Positions 1 to 11,915 of a stretch of 64,000 nucleotides of DNA are shown piece after piece. The stretch is from Malacoraja senta. Lineage: Eukaryota. Where the stretch lies: the NCBI GenBank assembly GCA_038087875.1, contig CM075993.1:1800001-1864000 (forward strand). Direction: 5' to 3'. Position 1 is the stretch's first letter. Every line of letters starts with the position of its first letter. A program made the translations under genes and the position numbers. Below the pieces are notes generated by a model, which searched no databases, was not told the DNA's origin, and was given only the letters and a program-made list of their open reading frames with translations.

Positions 1-540
1 GAATCTATCTATCTCTGCCTTAAAAATATCCACTGACTTGGCCTCCACAGCCTTCTGTGGCAAAGAATTCCACAGATTCACCGCCCTCTGACTGAAGAAA
101 TTCTTCCCAAAAGAACGTCCTTTAACTCTGAGGCTGTGACCTCTAGTCCTGGACTCTCCCACTAGTGGACAAAACCTCTCCACATCCACTCTATCCAGCC
201 CTTTCACTATTATGTATGTTTCAATGAGGCCCCCCCTCATTCTTCTAAACTCCAGCGAGTACAGGCCCAGTGCCGACAAACGCTCATCATAGGTTAACCC
301 ACTCATTCCTGGGATCGTTCTCGTAAACCTCCTCTGGACCCTCTCCAGGGCCAGCACATCCTTCCTCATAGAAACATAGAGACATAGAAAATATGTGCAG
401 GTGTAGGCCATTCGGCCCTCCCAGCCAGCACCGCCATTCAATATGATCATGGCTGATCATCCAGAATCAGTGCTCCGTTCCTGCTTTCTCCCCATATCCC
501 TTGATTCCATTAGCCCCAGGAGCTAAGTCTAACTCTCTGT
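1..540 (-). mobile_element. Two CR1-clade LINE 3' fragments
   Basis: Reverse complement encodes RT C-terminal ALERVQRRFTR..PG...L.Y.ERL..LGLYSLE.RR and carries the (tttctatg)n tail. Confidence 0.85.
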
Positions 541-602
541 TGACAGGGCACAAGCCCTCAGATGTGGTTCCACCATGCTGATGCCCCCACCTCTTCTTTC
601 AG

Positions 603-899
603 CCTCTTACTCCAAGCCCAACCTGCACCTGGAACCCAACAAGAACCTGAAGCCTGGAGATGAGGTGAGCATTGCCTGCCATTCCTCGGGGGGCTACCCA
701 CAGGCAACGGTGCTGTGGTTCGACGGGAAGGGGGGCAACATCACGGACAACGTCAGCACCTCGCAGGTGGCCAACGAGCGGGGCCTGTTCGCGGTGCGCA
801 GCGTGATGCGAGTCATCCTGGAGCCCAACAGCTCCTACAGCTGCACGGTGAGGAACGAGCTACTGGGTGAGGAGACCCATGCTGCCGCCACCATCACAG
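603..899 (+). CDS. CD276: CD276/B7-H3 IgC-domain exon (297 nt, phase 1-1)
   Basis: Acceptor ctcttctttcAG at 601-602 and donor acag|GTcagt at 900. Translates (A)SYSKPNLHLEPNKNLKPGDEVSIACHSSGGYPQATVLWFDGKGGNITDNVSTSQVANERGLFAVRSVMRVILEPNSSYSCTVRNELLGEETHAAATIT(G), which I recognise as closely matching the B7-H3 IgC domain (YSKP.M.LEPNK.L.PGD.V.I.C...GYP.A.V.W...NV.TSQ.ANE.GLF.V.S..RV.L..N..YSC.VRN). Confidence 0.96.
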
Positions 900-981
900 G
901 TCAGTCCCACCTCACCGCCAGGCCCAACACTCTCCTCTCCTCTGGAGGGACAACTACCCACCAATGCTAACATGCACATCT

Positions 982-1272
982 CACACAGAGGGTGGTGGGT
1001 GTATGGAACAAGTTGCCAGAGGAGGTAGTTGAGGCTGGGACTGTCCCAACGTTTAGACAGGTACATGGATAGAACAGGTTTGGAGGGATATGGACCAAGC
1101 ACAGGCAGGTGGGACTAGTGTAGCTGGGACATGTTGGCCGGTGTGGGCAAGTTGGGCCGAAGGGCCTGTTTCCACACTGTATCACTCTATGACTAGTGTT
1201 GCTGGGACATGTTGGCCGGTGTGGGCAAGTTGGGCCGAAGGGCCTGTTTCCACGCTGTATCACTCTATGACA
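982..1272 (+). mobile_element. CR1 3' tail with a 78-bp tandem duplication
   Basis: cacacagagggtggtgggtgtatggaac...; unit gactagtgt...cactctat repeated at 1113-1190 and 1191-1268. Confidence 0.8.
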
Positions 1273-2279
1273 CTACCTACCGCCTGAGATCAGATGCCAT
1301 TAACGAAACCCGAAATGAGACAAGAGTAATGTCTGGTGAGAATTGTGATTTTCATAAGCTTATTGGATTTGAAAAGCTACACTTAATGCCGTGTAAGTTC
1401 AAGGAGGGCTGTTTCAATCTGTATTTCCAAGCACACATGCAAAATGGTTTTAAAAGACATGATTGCTACTGTGTGATTGATGTGGAATGCACCGGTCCTG
1501 GGCCCTGTCACATTGACATTAGATCAAAGGATTGACTGATGCAACCTTCCGGTTCATTCCGCAGTCATCCATCTTGTCCGTTATTTAGTGGGACAAAGGC
1601 ATGCGTGTGCCCATTATTGGGTAAGTGTGTAATCTCGCTGATATTAAATGCCATTGACTTGCCAAATATTAAGTGAACTAAGCTGACGGGGAAACTGTAG
1701 ACGAAGGAATCTGGCCTCCAACAAGGCACAAATATCCACCTGAGACCCGTCCCAGAAGTCAGCCTTTAGTTCTATTAACATACAGAGGGAATTATTAACT
1801 AAATACTAGACGTATAAAGCGAGTTGGAAGAGCAACGTGTTTGAAGGATATACAACCATACAGCGGAAATGTTCCATTTGGATTCCCTCTGGTTTTAACA
1901 CGTTAATGGAATGAAAGGATATATTTAAGGCAGAGATAGATAGATTCTTGATTAGTACGGGTGTCAGGGGTTACGGGGAGAAGGCAGGAGAATGGGGATG
2001 GGAGGGAGAGATAGATCATCCATGATTGAATGGCAGAGTAGACTCAATGGGCCGAATGGCCTAATTCTGCTCCTATCACTTATGACGGGATAGATTAAAT
2101 GTGGAGAGGATGTTTCCACCAGTGGGAGAGTCTAGACCGTAGGTCATAGCCTCAGAATTAAAGGACGTTCCTTTAGGAAGGAGATGAGGAGGAATTTCTT
2201 TTGTCAGAGGGTGGTGAATCTGTGGAATTCATTGCCACAGAAGGCTGTGGAGGCCAAGTCAGTGGATATATATATTTTT

Positions 2280-2968
2280 AATGCTGGAATAACTCAGCGG
2301 GACAGGCAGCGTCTCTGGAGAGAAGGAATGGGCGACGTTTCGGGTCGAGACCCTTCTTCAGACTGATGTCCGGGGAGAGGGCGGGACAAAGGTAATAATG
2401 TAGGCGGAGACAGTAAGACTGGTGGGAGAACTGGGAAGGAGGAGGGGATGGAGTGAGAGGGAAAGCAAGGACTATTTGAAGTTAGAGAAGTCAATGTTCA
2501 TACCGCTGGGGTGTAAGCTGCCCAAGCGAAATATGAGGTGCTGTTCCTCCAATTTGCGCTGGGTCTCACTCTGACAATGGAGGAGGCCCAGGACAGAAAG
2601 GTCAGATTGGGAATGGGAGGGGGAGTTGAAGTGCTGAGCCACCGGGAGATCAGGTAGGTTAAGGCGGACTGAGCGGAGGTGTTCAGCGAAACGATCGCCG
2701 AGCCTGCGCTTGGTCTTGCCGATGTCGAGAAGTTGACACCTGGAACAGCGGATACAGTAGATGAGGTTGGAGGAGGCTACAGATGCTGGTTTAAACCGAA
2801 GATTGACACACAGTGCTGGAGTAACACGGCGGGACAGGCAGCATCTCTGGAGAGAAGGAATGGGTGACGTTTCGGGTCTGAAGAAGGGTCTCGACCCGAA
2901 ACGTCACCCATTCCTTCTCTCCAGAGCTGCTGCCTGTCCCGCTGAGTTACTCCAGCATTTTGTGTCTA
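2280..2968 (-). mobile_element. Penelope-like element 3' fragment (GIY-YIG remnant) plus palindromic terminal-repeat unit
   Basis: Reverse complement of about 2600-2770 encodes NLIYCIRCSRCQLLDIGKTKRRLGDRFAEHLRS, the same family as 41855-42877. 2776-2968 is a self-inverted terminal unit. Confidence 0.85.
2874..2909 (+). ncRNA. Minimal type I hammerhead ribozyme motif in a Penelope-derived repeat (representative copy)
   Basis: GGGT-CTGAAGA-A-GGGTC TC GACCC-GAA-ACGT-C-ACCC: CUGAnGA and GAAA cores, stem II, palindromic ACGU in place of stem III, GUC triplet and a 4-bp stem I. Intact cores also near 27053, 28954, 33049, 42593, 49183 and 62573 (+) and 2334, 13259, 39755 and 48137 (-). Confidence 0.65.
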
Positions 2969-3842
2969 TGGAGGCATATGGGTTTTGTACAGACAGAAAA
3001 GAGTTGGTTCGGCCTTCGTGTTCGGTACGGACATTGTGGGCCGAAGTTGTTCCATGTTTTATGTCGTTCATGTGTGGGGTTTTGTCAAAGAGCAGTCACT
3101 GCCTTCCTGAGGAAACATAAAGACAGCTGCAGTATTGATCATTGACAGTAGATGTCAGTGCCACATCATGGGCGATGAATCCCTTCCAATCCGGTGTTGG
3201 GGATGAGCGTATTCATTGGATCATAAGATCAAAAGTGATAGGAGTAGAATTAGGCCATTCGGCCCATCGAGTCCACTCCACCATTCAATCATGGCTGGTC
3301 TCTGCCTCCTAATCCCATTTTCCTGCCTTCTCCCCATAACCCTTGACACCCGTTCCAAGAACTTGTCTATCTCTGCCTTAATAAATCTCCACTGACTTGA
3401 CCTCCACAGCCTTCTGTGGCAAAGAATTCCACAGATTCACCATCCTCTGACTAAATAAATTCCTCCTTGTCTTCTTCCTAAAAGAACGTCCTTTAATTAT
3501 TTTGCTGTGACCTCTAGTCCTAGACTCTCCCCACTAGTGGAAACATCCTCTCCACATCCACTCTATCCAGGCCTTTCACTATTCTGTACGTTTCAATGAG
3601 GCCCCCCCTCATTCTTCTAAACTCCAGCGAGTACAGGCCCAGTGCCGACAAACGCTCATCGTATGTTAGTGTTGGATGTGGGTCCCACTGATTCATTGGC
3701 CTAGACAGAACAGTGTGGGTTTTCAGTAAGTAACATTTTACCATTCTTATCCTTTCTTTAAATCCTATTATGTTCTCGCAGCTCTGAATCTCTTTAATCT
3801 TCTTCAAAGAGGTCATTTGTGTGTGCGTACTTCACACGACAA

Positions 3843-4119
3843 GGGGCGGGCACGGTGGCGCAGCGGTAGAGTTGCTGCCTCACAGCGCCAGAGACCCGTG
3901 TTCAATGCCGACTACGGGTGCTGTCTGTACGGAGTTTGTACATTCTCCCCGTGACCTGAGACGTACAGGTTTGTAGGTTAATTGGCTTTGGTAACATTGT
4001 AAATTGTCCCTAGTGTGTGTAGGACAATGTTGGCGATGGGGGATGGCTGGTCGGCACGGACTCGGTGGGCCGAAGGGCCTGTTTCCACGCTGTATCTCTA
4101 AACTAAACTAATCTAAACT
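3843..4119 (+). mobile_element. HE1-type SINE with an internal deletion
   Basis: A box TGGCGCAGCGG, B-box-like gttcaatgcc, tail ending taaactaaacta. Confidence 0.85.
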
Positions 4120-5198
4120 CTCGCATTTTCTCCTTCTGCACAACCTTTGCTTTTAACCTTGCCCGCTGTTCCCCACAACACCAACCTTTCAGCAAAAAAC
4201 TAACTGCTGGAGGAGCTCAGTGGGTCGGGCAGCATCTGTGAAGGGAAATGGAGAGATGGCATTTTGGGTTGGGACCTGTCTTCACAAATGCTGCTTGACC
4301 CGCTGAGTTCCTCCTTGCCCACGCCGACCAACATGCCCCTGCTGCACTAGTCCCACCTGCCTGCATTCGGCCCATATCCCTCTTAACCTGTCCAATCCAT
4401 GTTCCTGACCAAATGTTTTTTAAAATTGTTGTCGAGATCTAATACCGACTGACTAATTAATTATTGCGGTTAAGTTGCTTCGGTGTAAATATTTGGAACC
4501 GTTTCAGTTGCAGTCTCATATGGAGCCATCTGTTTTTCCTGACAGTGTGATGTTAGAATCACTGTTGCAAACATCTCCGTATCACTAAGAAACAGGTACC
4601 TTATCAACACGTTCGCTCGCCCTTGCACATTGCATTCGTGACTTCATGCAATGCATCGAAGATAGACACAAAATGCTGGAGTAACTCAGCGGGAGAGCTC
4701 ACAACACAGTGGTATGAATATTGATTTCTCCAACTTCAAGTAACCCCTGCATTCCCTTTCTCCCCATCCCTCCCACACCCAAGTCGCACCAGCTTCTCGT
4801 TCTCACCTAGCGCACAGCTAACAATGGCCTGTTGCCTTTATCATCATTACTTTTTTGCATATCTATCATTCATTTGTTCTATATCTCTCTCTACATCCCC
4901 GTCTAAATCCAAGGAAAAGTCATATAAATTGGCCAGAAGAAGCAGCAAACCAGAGGACGGGGAGAAATTTAGAACTCAACAGAGGAGGACAAAGGTGTTC
5001 GTTAAGAGGGGGGGGAAAGAGCATGAAAGAAAGCGTGCGGTGAATATAAAAACTGACTCTAAAAGCTTCTATAGATTTGTAAAAAGGAAAAGAGAGTTGT
5101 GAATCTGTGGAATTCTCTGCCACAGAAGGCAGTGGGGGCCAATTCACTGGATGTTTTCAAGAGAGAATTAGATTTAGCTCTTGGGGCTAAAGGAATAA

Positions 5199-5514
5199 TG
5201 GGCCTGTCCCACTGTACGAGGTAATTCAAGAGCTCTCCCGAGTTTAAAAAAAATCTAACTCGTGGTAAGCACGTAGAATGTACGTAGCGGGTACGTTGGA
5301 GCTCGGGACGTCTCTTAGCGGCTCGTAACGCTAACGGCAGGTACTCGGGAAACGCGGTAAGCTCGTGAAGACTCGTGAAGATTTTTCAACATGTTGAAAA
5401 ATGTCCATGAGAGCCCCGAGTACCCACGAGCGGCCATTACCACAATTCTCCGAGTTCGAATCAGGGGAAACTCGGGAGAACTCTTGAATTAGCTCGTACA
5501 GTGGGACAGCCCCA
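5199..5514. mobile_element. Palindromic MITE, TIR GGGCCTGTCCCACT (subfamily A)
   Basis: tgggcctgtcccactgtacgag...ctcgtacagtgggacagcccca; inserted into a CR1 tail; near-identical to 43194-43530. Confidence 0.85.
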
Positions 5515-5825
5515 TTAAGGGAAGTGGAGAAAAAGCCGGAACGGGGAACTGATTTTGGATGATCAGCCGTGATCATATTGAATGGGGGTGTTGGCTCGAA
5601 GGGTCGAATGGCTGTCTTCTCAACAGCACTCGAGTGCGGGAGCGAGCCCAGGTCTATGGTGATGTGAGACAGCTGCACTACCCGCTGCACCACTGTGGCG
5701 CGCTGAAGCTAACTGGATCAGGGATGGATAATAATCATTGCCATTTGCCATGAATGAATAAAGGAACAAAAACTTGATGGATATTGAACAGGAATATACC
5801 TGGCTGTGCAGGTTATTCTTACTCA

Positions 5826-6249
5826 AGGGCCTGCCCCACTTGGCCGTCATTTGCGCCTCGTTTACGAGTCATATGTAAAATAGGTCAACGCGTCGTTACG
5901 CTCGACATCGCGCGCAAATCACGCATCATCGTGCCGTCTGGTGCGCGTGACGTCATTAGAATACCCTGCGGCGCGCGGCGACGATGGTCACGCACGGTGA
6001 CATATCCATGCGTCACCACGCGATACACGAGAGACGTCGGGACGCCAGCGTGCGACGCCAATGCGTCAGCGTCCGCACCCAATGCGTCAGCGTGCGTACG
6101 CGATATGTCACACAGGTGGCGCGCGGGGTTTTCATACAGGACGAAATTCTGTAGCCGCGCGCAACTCCACACGCTACCCACACGCGACGATCTATTTTAC
6201 ATATGACGCATAAATGAGGTGCAAATGACGGCCAAGTGGGACAGGCCCT
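5826..6249. mobile_element. Palindromic CpG-rich MITE, same TIR family (subfamily B)
   Basis: TIR of about 55 bp: agggcctgccccacttggccgtcatttgc...gcaaatgacggccaagtgggacaggccct; flanked by TCA on both sides. Confidence 0.88.
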
Positions 6250-7274
6250 TCAAGTATGTAGGTTAATTATTCTTAGTTTGTTTTGTAGGTTAATTGGCTA
6301 CTGTGCATTGTCCTTAGTGTGTAGGGAGTGGACGTGAAAGTTGAGTTTATTGTCTGTCCCGTGTACCGAGGTACAGTGAAAAGCTTTTGTTGCATGCTAA
6401 CCAGTCAGCAGAAAGACAATACATGATTACAATCGAGCCATCAATGCATGATAAGGGAATAACGTTTAGTGCAAGGTAAAGCCAGCAAAGTCCGATCCGG
6501 GATAGTCCGAGGGTCACCAATGAGGTCGATAGTAGTTCTATCTGGTGTGATGGTCCAGGTGGACTTCTTCTTCTTGTGAATGAAACATAAACCAAAGGAA
6601 TAGTTAGATCTCAAGCTGGGTGTTGAGCAGCCAGGTTGTTGTCTCTGTTGGCGTCAATGTCTGCCAGGCCCTGACACAGCTCCATTTGGTGGGTGGTTGA
6701 GCGGGCACCCAGAGATGACATGGTTGGCTGTCTGTTGTTCTGCTCCGCATTCACAGGCTGGGCTCTGGCGGACTGACTGAGGGGAGCTAATGGATATTTA
6801 TCGCCGAGAGTCGGTGCAGCTTTTGTGCATTCACTTTTCAAGCTGTCAATGATTTTTTGTTTGCCTTGAAATATGGCATTGTTCCTTTTGATCAGCGAGG
6901 ATTATTGATGGATTTCATATTGTGGAGAAAACTACTGGGCAATCTGTCACATTGGAAGGAAGGCTATGTCCTGTCACGGTGTATTTTTGACGTTCATCTT
7001 CGTATCATCGAGAGGGTCAGAGTTTATTGGCTTTTCTTAACCCACCCTCTCTGCGAAGAATGTTGTTAGGAAGGAACTACCGATGCTGGTTTACACCGAA
7101 GATAGGTGCAAAATGCTGGAGTAACTCAGCGGGACAGGCAGCATCTCTGGAGAGAAGGGTCTCGACCCGAAACGTCACCCATTCCTTCTCCGCAGAGATG
7201 CTGCCTGTCCCGCTGAGTTACTCCAGCTTTTTGTGTCTATCTTCTTTTCAGGGAAGTGTTGTTTGAGTACGATA

Positions 7275-8210
7275 GACAATAGGTGCAGGATTAGGCCATT
7301 CGGCCCTTCGAGCCAGCACCGCCATCCACTGTGATCATGGTTGATCATCCACAATCAGTACGCCGTTCCTGCCTTCTTCCCATATCCCCTGACTCCACTA
7401 TCTTTAGAAACATAGAAACATAGAAAACAGGTGCAGGAGGAGGCCATTCGGCCCTTCAAGCCAGCACCGCCATTCATTGTGATCATGGCTGATCGTCCCC
7501 AATCAATAACCCGTGCCTGCCTTCTCCCCATATCCCTCGATTCCACTAGCCCCTAGAGCTCTATCTAACTCTCTCTTAAATCCATCCAGTGATTTGGCCT
7601 CCACTGCCCTCTGTGGCAGGGAATTCCACGAATTCACAACTGTCTGGGTGAAAAAGTTTTTTCTCACCTCAGTCTTAAATGGCCTCCCCTTTATTCTAAG
7701 ACTGTGGCCCCTGGTTCTGGACTCGCCCAACATTGGGAACATTTTTCCTGCATCCAGCTTGTCCAGTCCTTTTATAATTGTATATGCTTCTATAAGCTCC
7801 CCCCCCTCATCCTTCTAAACTCCAGTGAATACAAGCCTAGTCTTTTCAATCTTTCCTCATATGACAGTCCTGCCATCCCAGGGATCAATCTCGTGAACCT
7901 ACGCTGCACTACCTCAATCACAAGGATGTCCTTTAAGAAGGAACTGCAGATGCTGGAAAATCGAAGGTAGACAAAGGTAGATCAGTCTGAAGAAGGGTTT
8001 CGGCCCAAAACGTTGCCTATTTCCTTCGCTCCATAGATGCTGCTGCACACACTGAGTTTCTCCAGCACTTTTGTCTACCCACAAGGATGTCCTTCCTCAA
8101 ATTAGGAGACCAAAACTGTACACAATACAATCTTTAAGAACTTTATCTAGCTCTCTCTTGAAAGCATTCTGAGAATTGGCCTCCACTGCCTTCTGAGGCA
8201 GAGAATTCAT
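7275..8210 (-). mobile_element. Nested CR1 LINE 3' fragments with a Penelope-unit insertion
   Basis: MFPMLGESRTRGHSLRIKGRPFKTEVRKNFFTQ..VN.WNSLPQ motif typical of the CR1 ORF2 C-terminus. Confidence 0.85.
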
Positions 8211-8765
8211 TGCAGTCAGTGCTGTACTAGGCTAATCTGCAGCCTCAGACAGCCTATCTTTCATGCAATGGGTCTCTGCCTTGGTCAACATAGAGTGAAA
8301 AGTCTTTGTTTGCCGACTGATAAACCATACCTTGGAAGCACAGTGGCCCTGCTTATTGAAGCTGTGTTAGAGGATTAAGTGGGATCCAATCCTTTCATTT
8401 TGCTGTTTCCCTTTTCGGCTTTGCTATATCTTAGTTGAGATATAATTCTAAATTCTCTTAACTTGGCAAACCAGCACTAAACTGTGATTTATCAGAGTAT
8501 TCTGCAAAAAGTGACAAACTTCACCTTTTCCCAATCCACTCCCGCTGCGTCGACCCAGAACTGTCGTCAGAGGTCAATAGACAAAGACTAAAAATAGGCT
8601 TGCATGATCCGGTCAAACCTGCCCGCGGCTTCTGACAGAAAATTGACGTTTTGCACCTTTATCTTCCTTCACTCCAGTTATTTTTGCTGAAGTACTTTGT
8701 AGGGGAAGAAAAAGCAGATGCTGGAAATCTAAAAATAAAAAGAGGAGAGGTTAGAAATGCTCAGC

Positions 8766-9180
8766 CGTGTGCGTGCGTGTGTGTATGTGTGGGTGCGCGT
8801 GCGGGTGTGCGTGCCTGTGGGTGGGTGTGCGTGCCTGTGGGTGTGCGTGTGGGTGTGCGCGTGGATGTGCGTGTGTGAGCGTGGGTGTGTGCGCATGTGT
8901 GTGGGAGTGCGTGTGTGTGGGTGTGCGCGTGCTCGTGTGTGCGTGTGCGTGTGTGTGCGTGTGCGTGTGTGTGCGTGTGTGTGTGTGTGCGCATGTGTGT
9001 GTGCGCATGTGTGTGCGCGCGTGTGTGTGCGCGTGTGTGCGTGTGTGCGCGTGTGTGCGTATGTGTGTGCATGTGCGTGCGTGCGTGTGTGTGCGTGTGT
9101 ACGTGCACGTGTGTGTGCGCATGTGTGCGTGCATGTGTGTGTGCGTGTGTGTGCGTGCGTGCGCGCGCGTGTGTGTGTGC
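8766..9180. repeat. Compound (GT)n/(GC)n microsatellite
   Basis: About 415 bp of largely alternating purine-pyrimidine sequence. Confidence 0.98.
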
Positions 9181-9710
9181 TATGTTCTTGATACTATAGA
9201 ACTTTATCCCTGGAGGGAAATTGATCTTCCAACAAGATACATGAAACATGAGATTAAAGGGATGAGTGGAAAGGATTGGGGATGTGCAAAGATTTGGGGT
9301 TGGGGGGGGGGGGAGGGGAAGGGGAGTGAGTCCGACCGCCCCACGACACAAGGGGGAGGAGTGAGTGTGATAATTCAGCCCTTCAAGTCTACTCCGCCAT
9401 TCAATAATCATAGCTGATCTAGCTCTCCCTCCTAACCCCATTCTCCTGCCTTCTCCCCATAACCCCTGACACCCGCACTAATCAAGAATCTATCAGTCTC
9501 TGCCTTAAAATATCCACTGACTTGGCCTCCACGGTCTTCTGTGGCAAAGAATTCCACAGATTCACCACCCTCTGAGTAAAGAAATTCCTCCTCATCTCCT
9601 ACTTAAAGGAACTTCCTTTAATTCTGAGGCCAATTCTATGACCTCTAGTCCTAGACTCTCCCACTTTGGTGTGTGGTGGTAATATGTGTGTGAGAGAGAA
9701 AGAAGGGGGC

Positions 9711-9743
<33 letters not shown>

Positions 9744-10667
9744 CCATTGTGGGCTCTACATTTCCTTTATTGCTTTTTGCATTTTTTCCTTTCGTTTGTT
9801 CTAAATGCCGTCTATATCTCTTGTTCTCCTTTCACCCTAACTCTTGGTCTGACGAACGATCTCGTCCCGAAACGTCACCCATTCCTTCTCTCCAGAGCTG
9901 TGCCTGACCCGCTGAGTTGCTCCAGATTTTTGTGTAACTCGGCGGGGCAGGCAGCATCTCTGGAGAGAAGGAATGGGTGACGTTTCGGGTCTCGACTGAG
10001 TTACTCCAACCTTTTTGTGTCTATCTTCGGTTTAAACCAGCATCTGCAGTTCCATCCTACATAATTGGGCTGAAGGGCCTGCTTGCATGTTGTATGACTC
10101 CACGTCAAGCTTCTCCAGTCTGACTCTAAATCTGAAATGCCTCATTACTTGGACCATTCCACTCGTCCTCTACATCTTCTGGTGACGCTTGTCTCAGAAG
10201 AAGGGTCTCGACCCGAAACGTCACCCATTCCTTCTCTCCAGAGATGCTGCCTGTCCCGCTGAGTTACTCCAGCATTTTGTGTCTGTCCTCGGTGTATAAC
10301 CAGCATCTGCAGTTCCTTCCCACACCGTATTTCTCTGCTGCCTGAACAATTTGGAATTTTCTAATCATCACATTTGAAGGTCTCAGGAAAACAAATGAAT
10401 TTTGTTTTCGCTTCCTTTCATTATTTCAGCTGGTAGCTTGGTGGTGCGTCAGTTAGTGCTGCTGCCTCACAGCTCCAGGGCCTTGGGTTTGGTCCTGACC
10501 TCGTTATTGTGGAGTTCACACATTCTCCATCTGACCTGCAAATATTTTAAACCGGTTGTTCGGGACTCCTGTACATTGGGATCATTGTACCCGTATGGTG
10601 TGATTTGATGGGTGGCACACAAACATTTTTACTGTGTCACGGTACATGTGACAATACCAAGCCAATT

Positions 10668-10976
10668 GGCGGCATGGTGGCACAGTGATAGAGTTGCTGC
10701 CTCACAGCGCCAGAGACCCCGGTTCAATCCTGACCTCAGGCGCTGTCTGTGCGGAGTTAGTACGTTCTCCCCGTAACCACGTGGATTGTCTCTGGGTGCT
10801 CCGGTTTCCTCCCACACTCCAAAGACATATAGGCTTGTAGGCCAACTGGCTTGGTAAATTTGTAAATTGTCCCTAGTGTGTGTAGGATAGTGTTAGTGTT
10901 GCAGGTCGGCACAGACTCGGTGGGCTGAAGGGCCTGTTTCCGAGCTGTATCTCTAAACCAAAAAACTAAACCAAAC
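10668..10976 (+). mobile_element. HE1-type SINE
   Basis: Same head, core and tail as 23598-23901. Confidence 0.85.
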
Positions 10977-11390
10977 TTTTGCACAAGTTCACTCATGTCT
11001 GGGAATATTGTGAAATAGTCCAGTAAAGATTTATTATTTTAAGATGAATTAATATGTGTTGCATGTAGGAGCAATCTCATTTGTGTGATTTAGTTATGAC
11101 ATGTTTTATGAGTGTCAAATGTACATAATTCAAAATGAAGGGGTGCTTTTAAATTATGATGGGCTTTTAAAGGAATGAGAAAGAACATATAGATGTCTTG
11201 ATTTCAAGCCCAGCTCGTCCAAACTGGGATTTGGACATCTGCCAGCTCTTCAACAACCTTCTCCCCAGCATCTCCCCAGGATAATAGTCCACGGACATTA
11301 AACAGTCGCTGGCACGTGAGTAGGTTTCATGCCTTTCAACTACGTTCAGTATCTCAGTACTAAAAGCAAAGGGGATTTGATGGGCATGCG

Positions 11391-11600
11391 AGAAGAGGGG
11401 GAGAGAGAGAGAGTTAGGGGAAGAGGGGAAGGGAGAGGGAAGGATTGTGTGGGAGGGAGGGGGAGAGAAATATAGATATAGATATGGAGAGAGAGAGGGA
11501 AGAAATAGGAGATAGATAGAGGGATAGATAGAGGGATAGATAGAGGGATAGATAGAGAGATGGAGAGATAGAGAGATAGAGAGATAGGGAGATAGAGAGA
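11391..11600. repeat. GA-rich / (GATA)n low-complexity tract
   Basis: Purine-rich tandem repeats. Confidence 0.9.
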
Positions 11601-11915
11601 TGTTTCCTCATCTCCGTTCTAAATGGCTTACCCCTTATTCTTAAACTGTGGCCCCTGGTTCTGGACTCCCCCAACATCGGGAACATGTTTCCTGCCTCTA
11701 GCGTGTCCAAACCTTTAATAATCTTATATGTTTCAATAAGATTGCCTCTCATCCTTCTAAACTCCAGAGTGTATAAGCCCAGCCGCTCCATTCTCTCAGC
11801 GTATGACAGTCCCGCCATCCCGGGAATTAACCTGGTGAACCTACGCTGCACTCCCTCAATAGCAAGAATGTCCTTCCTCAAATTAGGGGACCAACACTGC
11901 ACACAATACTCCAGG
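11600..11915 (-). mobile_element. CR1 LINE ORF2 fragment
   Basis: [57 protein letters not shown]. Confidence 0.9.

Noticed and set aside
575..970. 131-aa ORF as a standalone gene
   Set aside because: Only 603-899 is exon; the ATG and the C-terminal tail are intronic read-through.
3843..3915. tRNA genes at SINE heads
   Set aside because: A and B boxes are present but run directly into the V-SINE body; these are tRNA-derived SINE heads.
6564..6578. cttcttcttcttgtg as a third copy of the (AAG)n-tailed element
   Set aside because: Too short; no hairpin or ribozyme part follows.
8651..9441. Long Cys/Val- and His/Thr-rich ORFs
   Set aside because: Translations of a (GT)n/(GC)n microsatellite.
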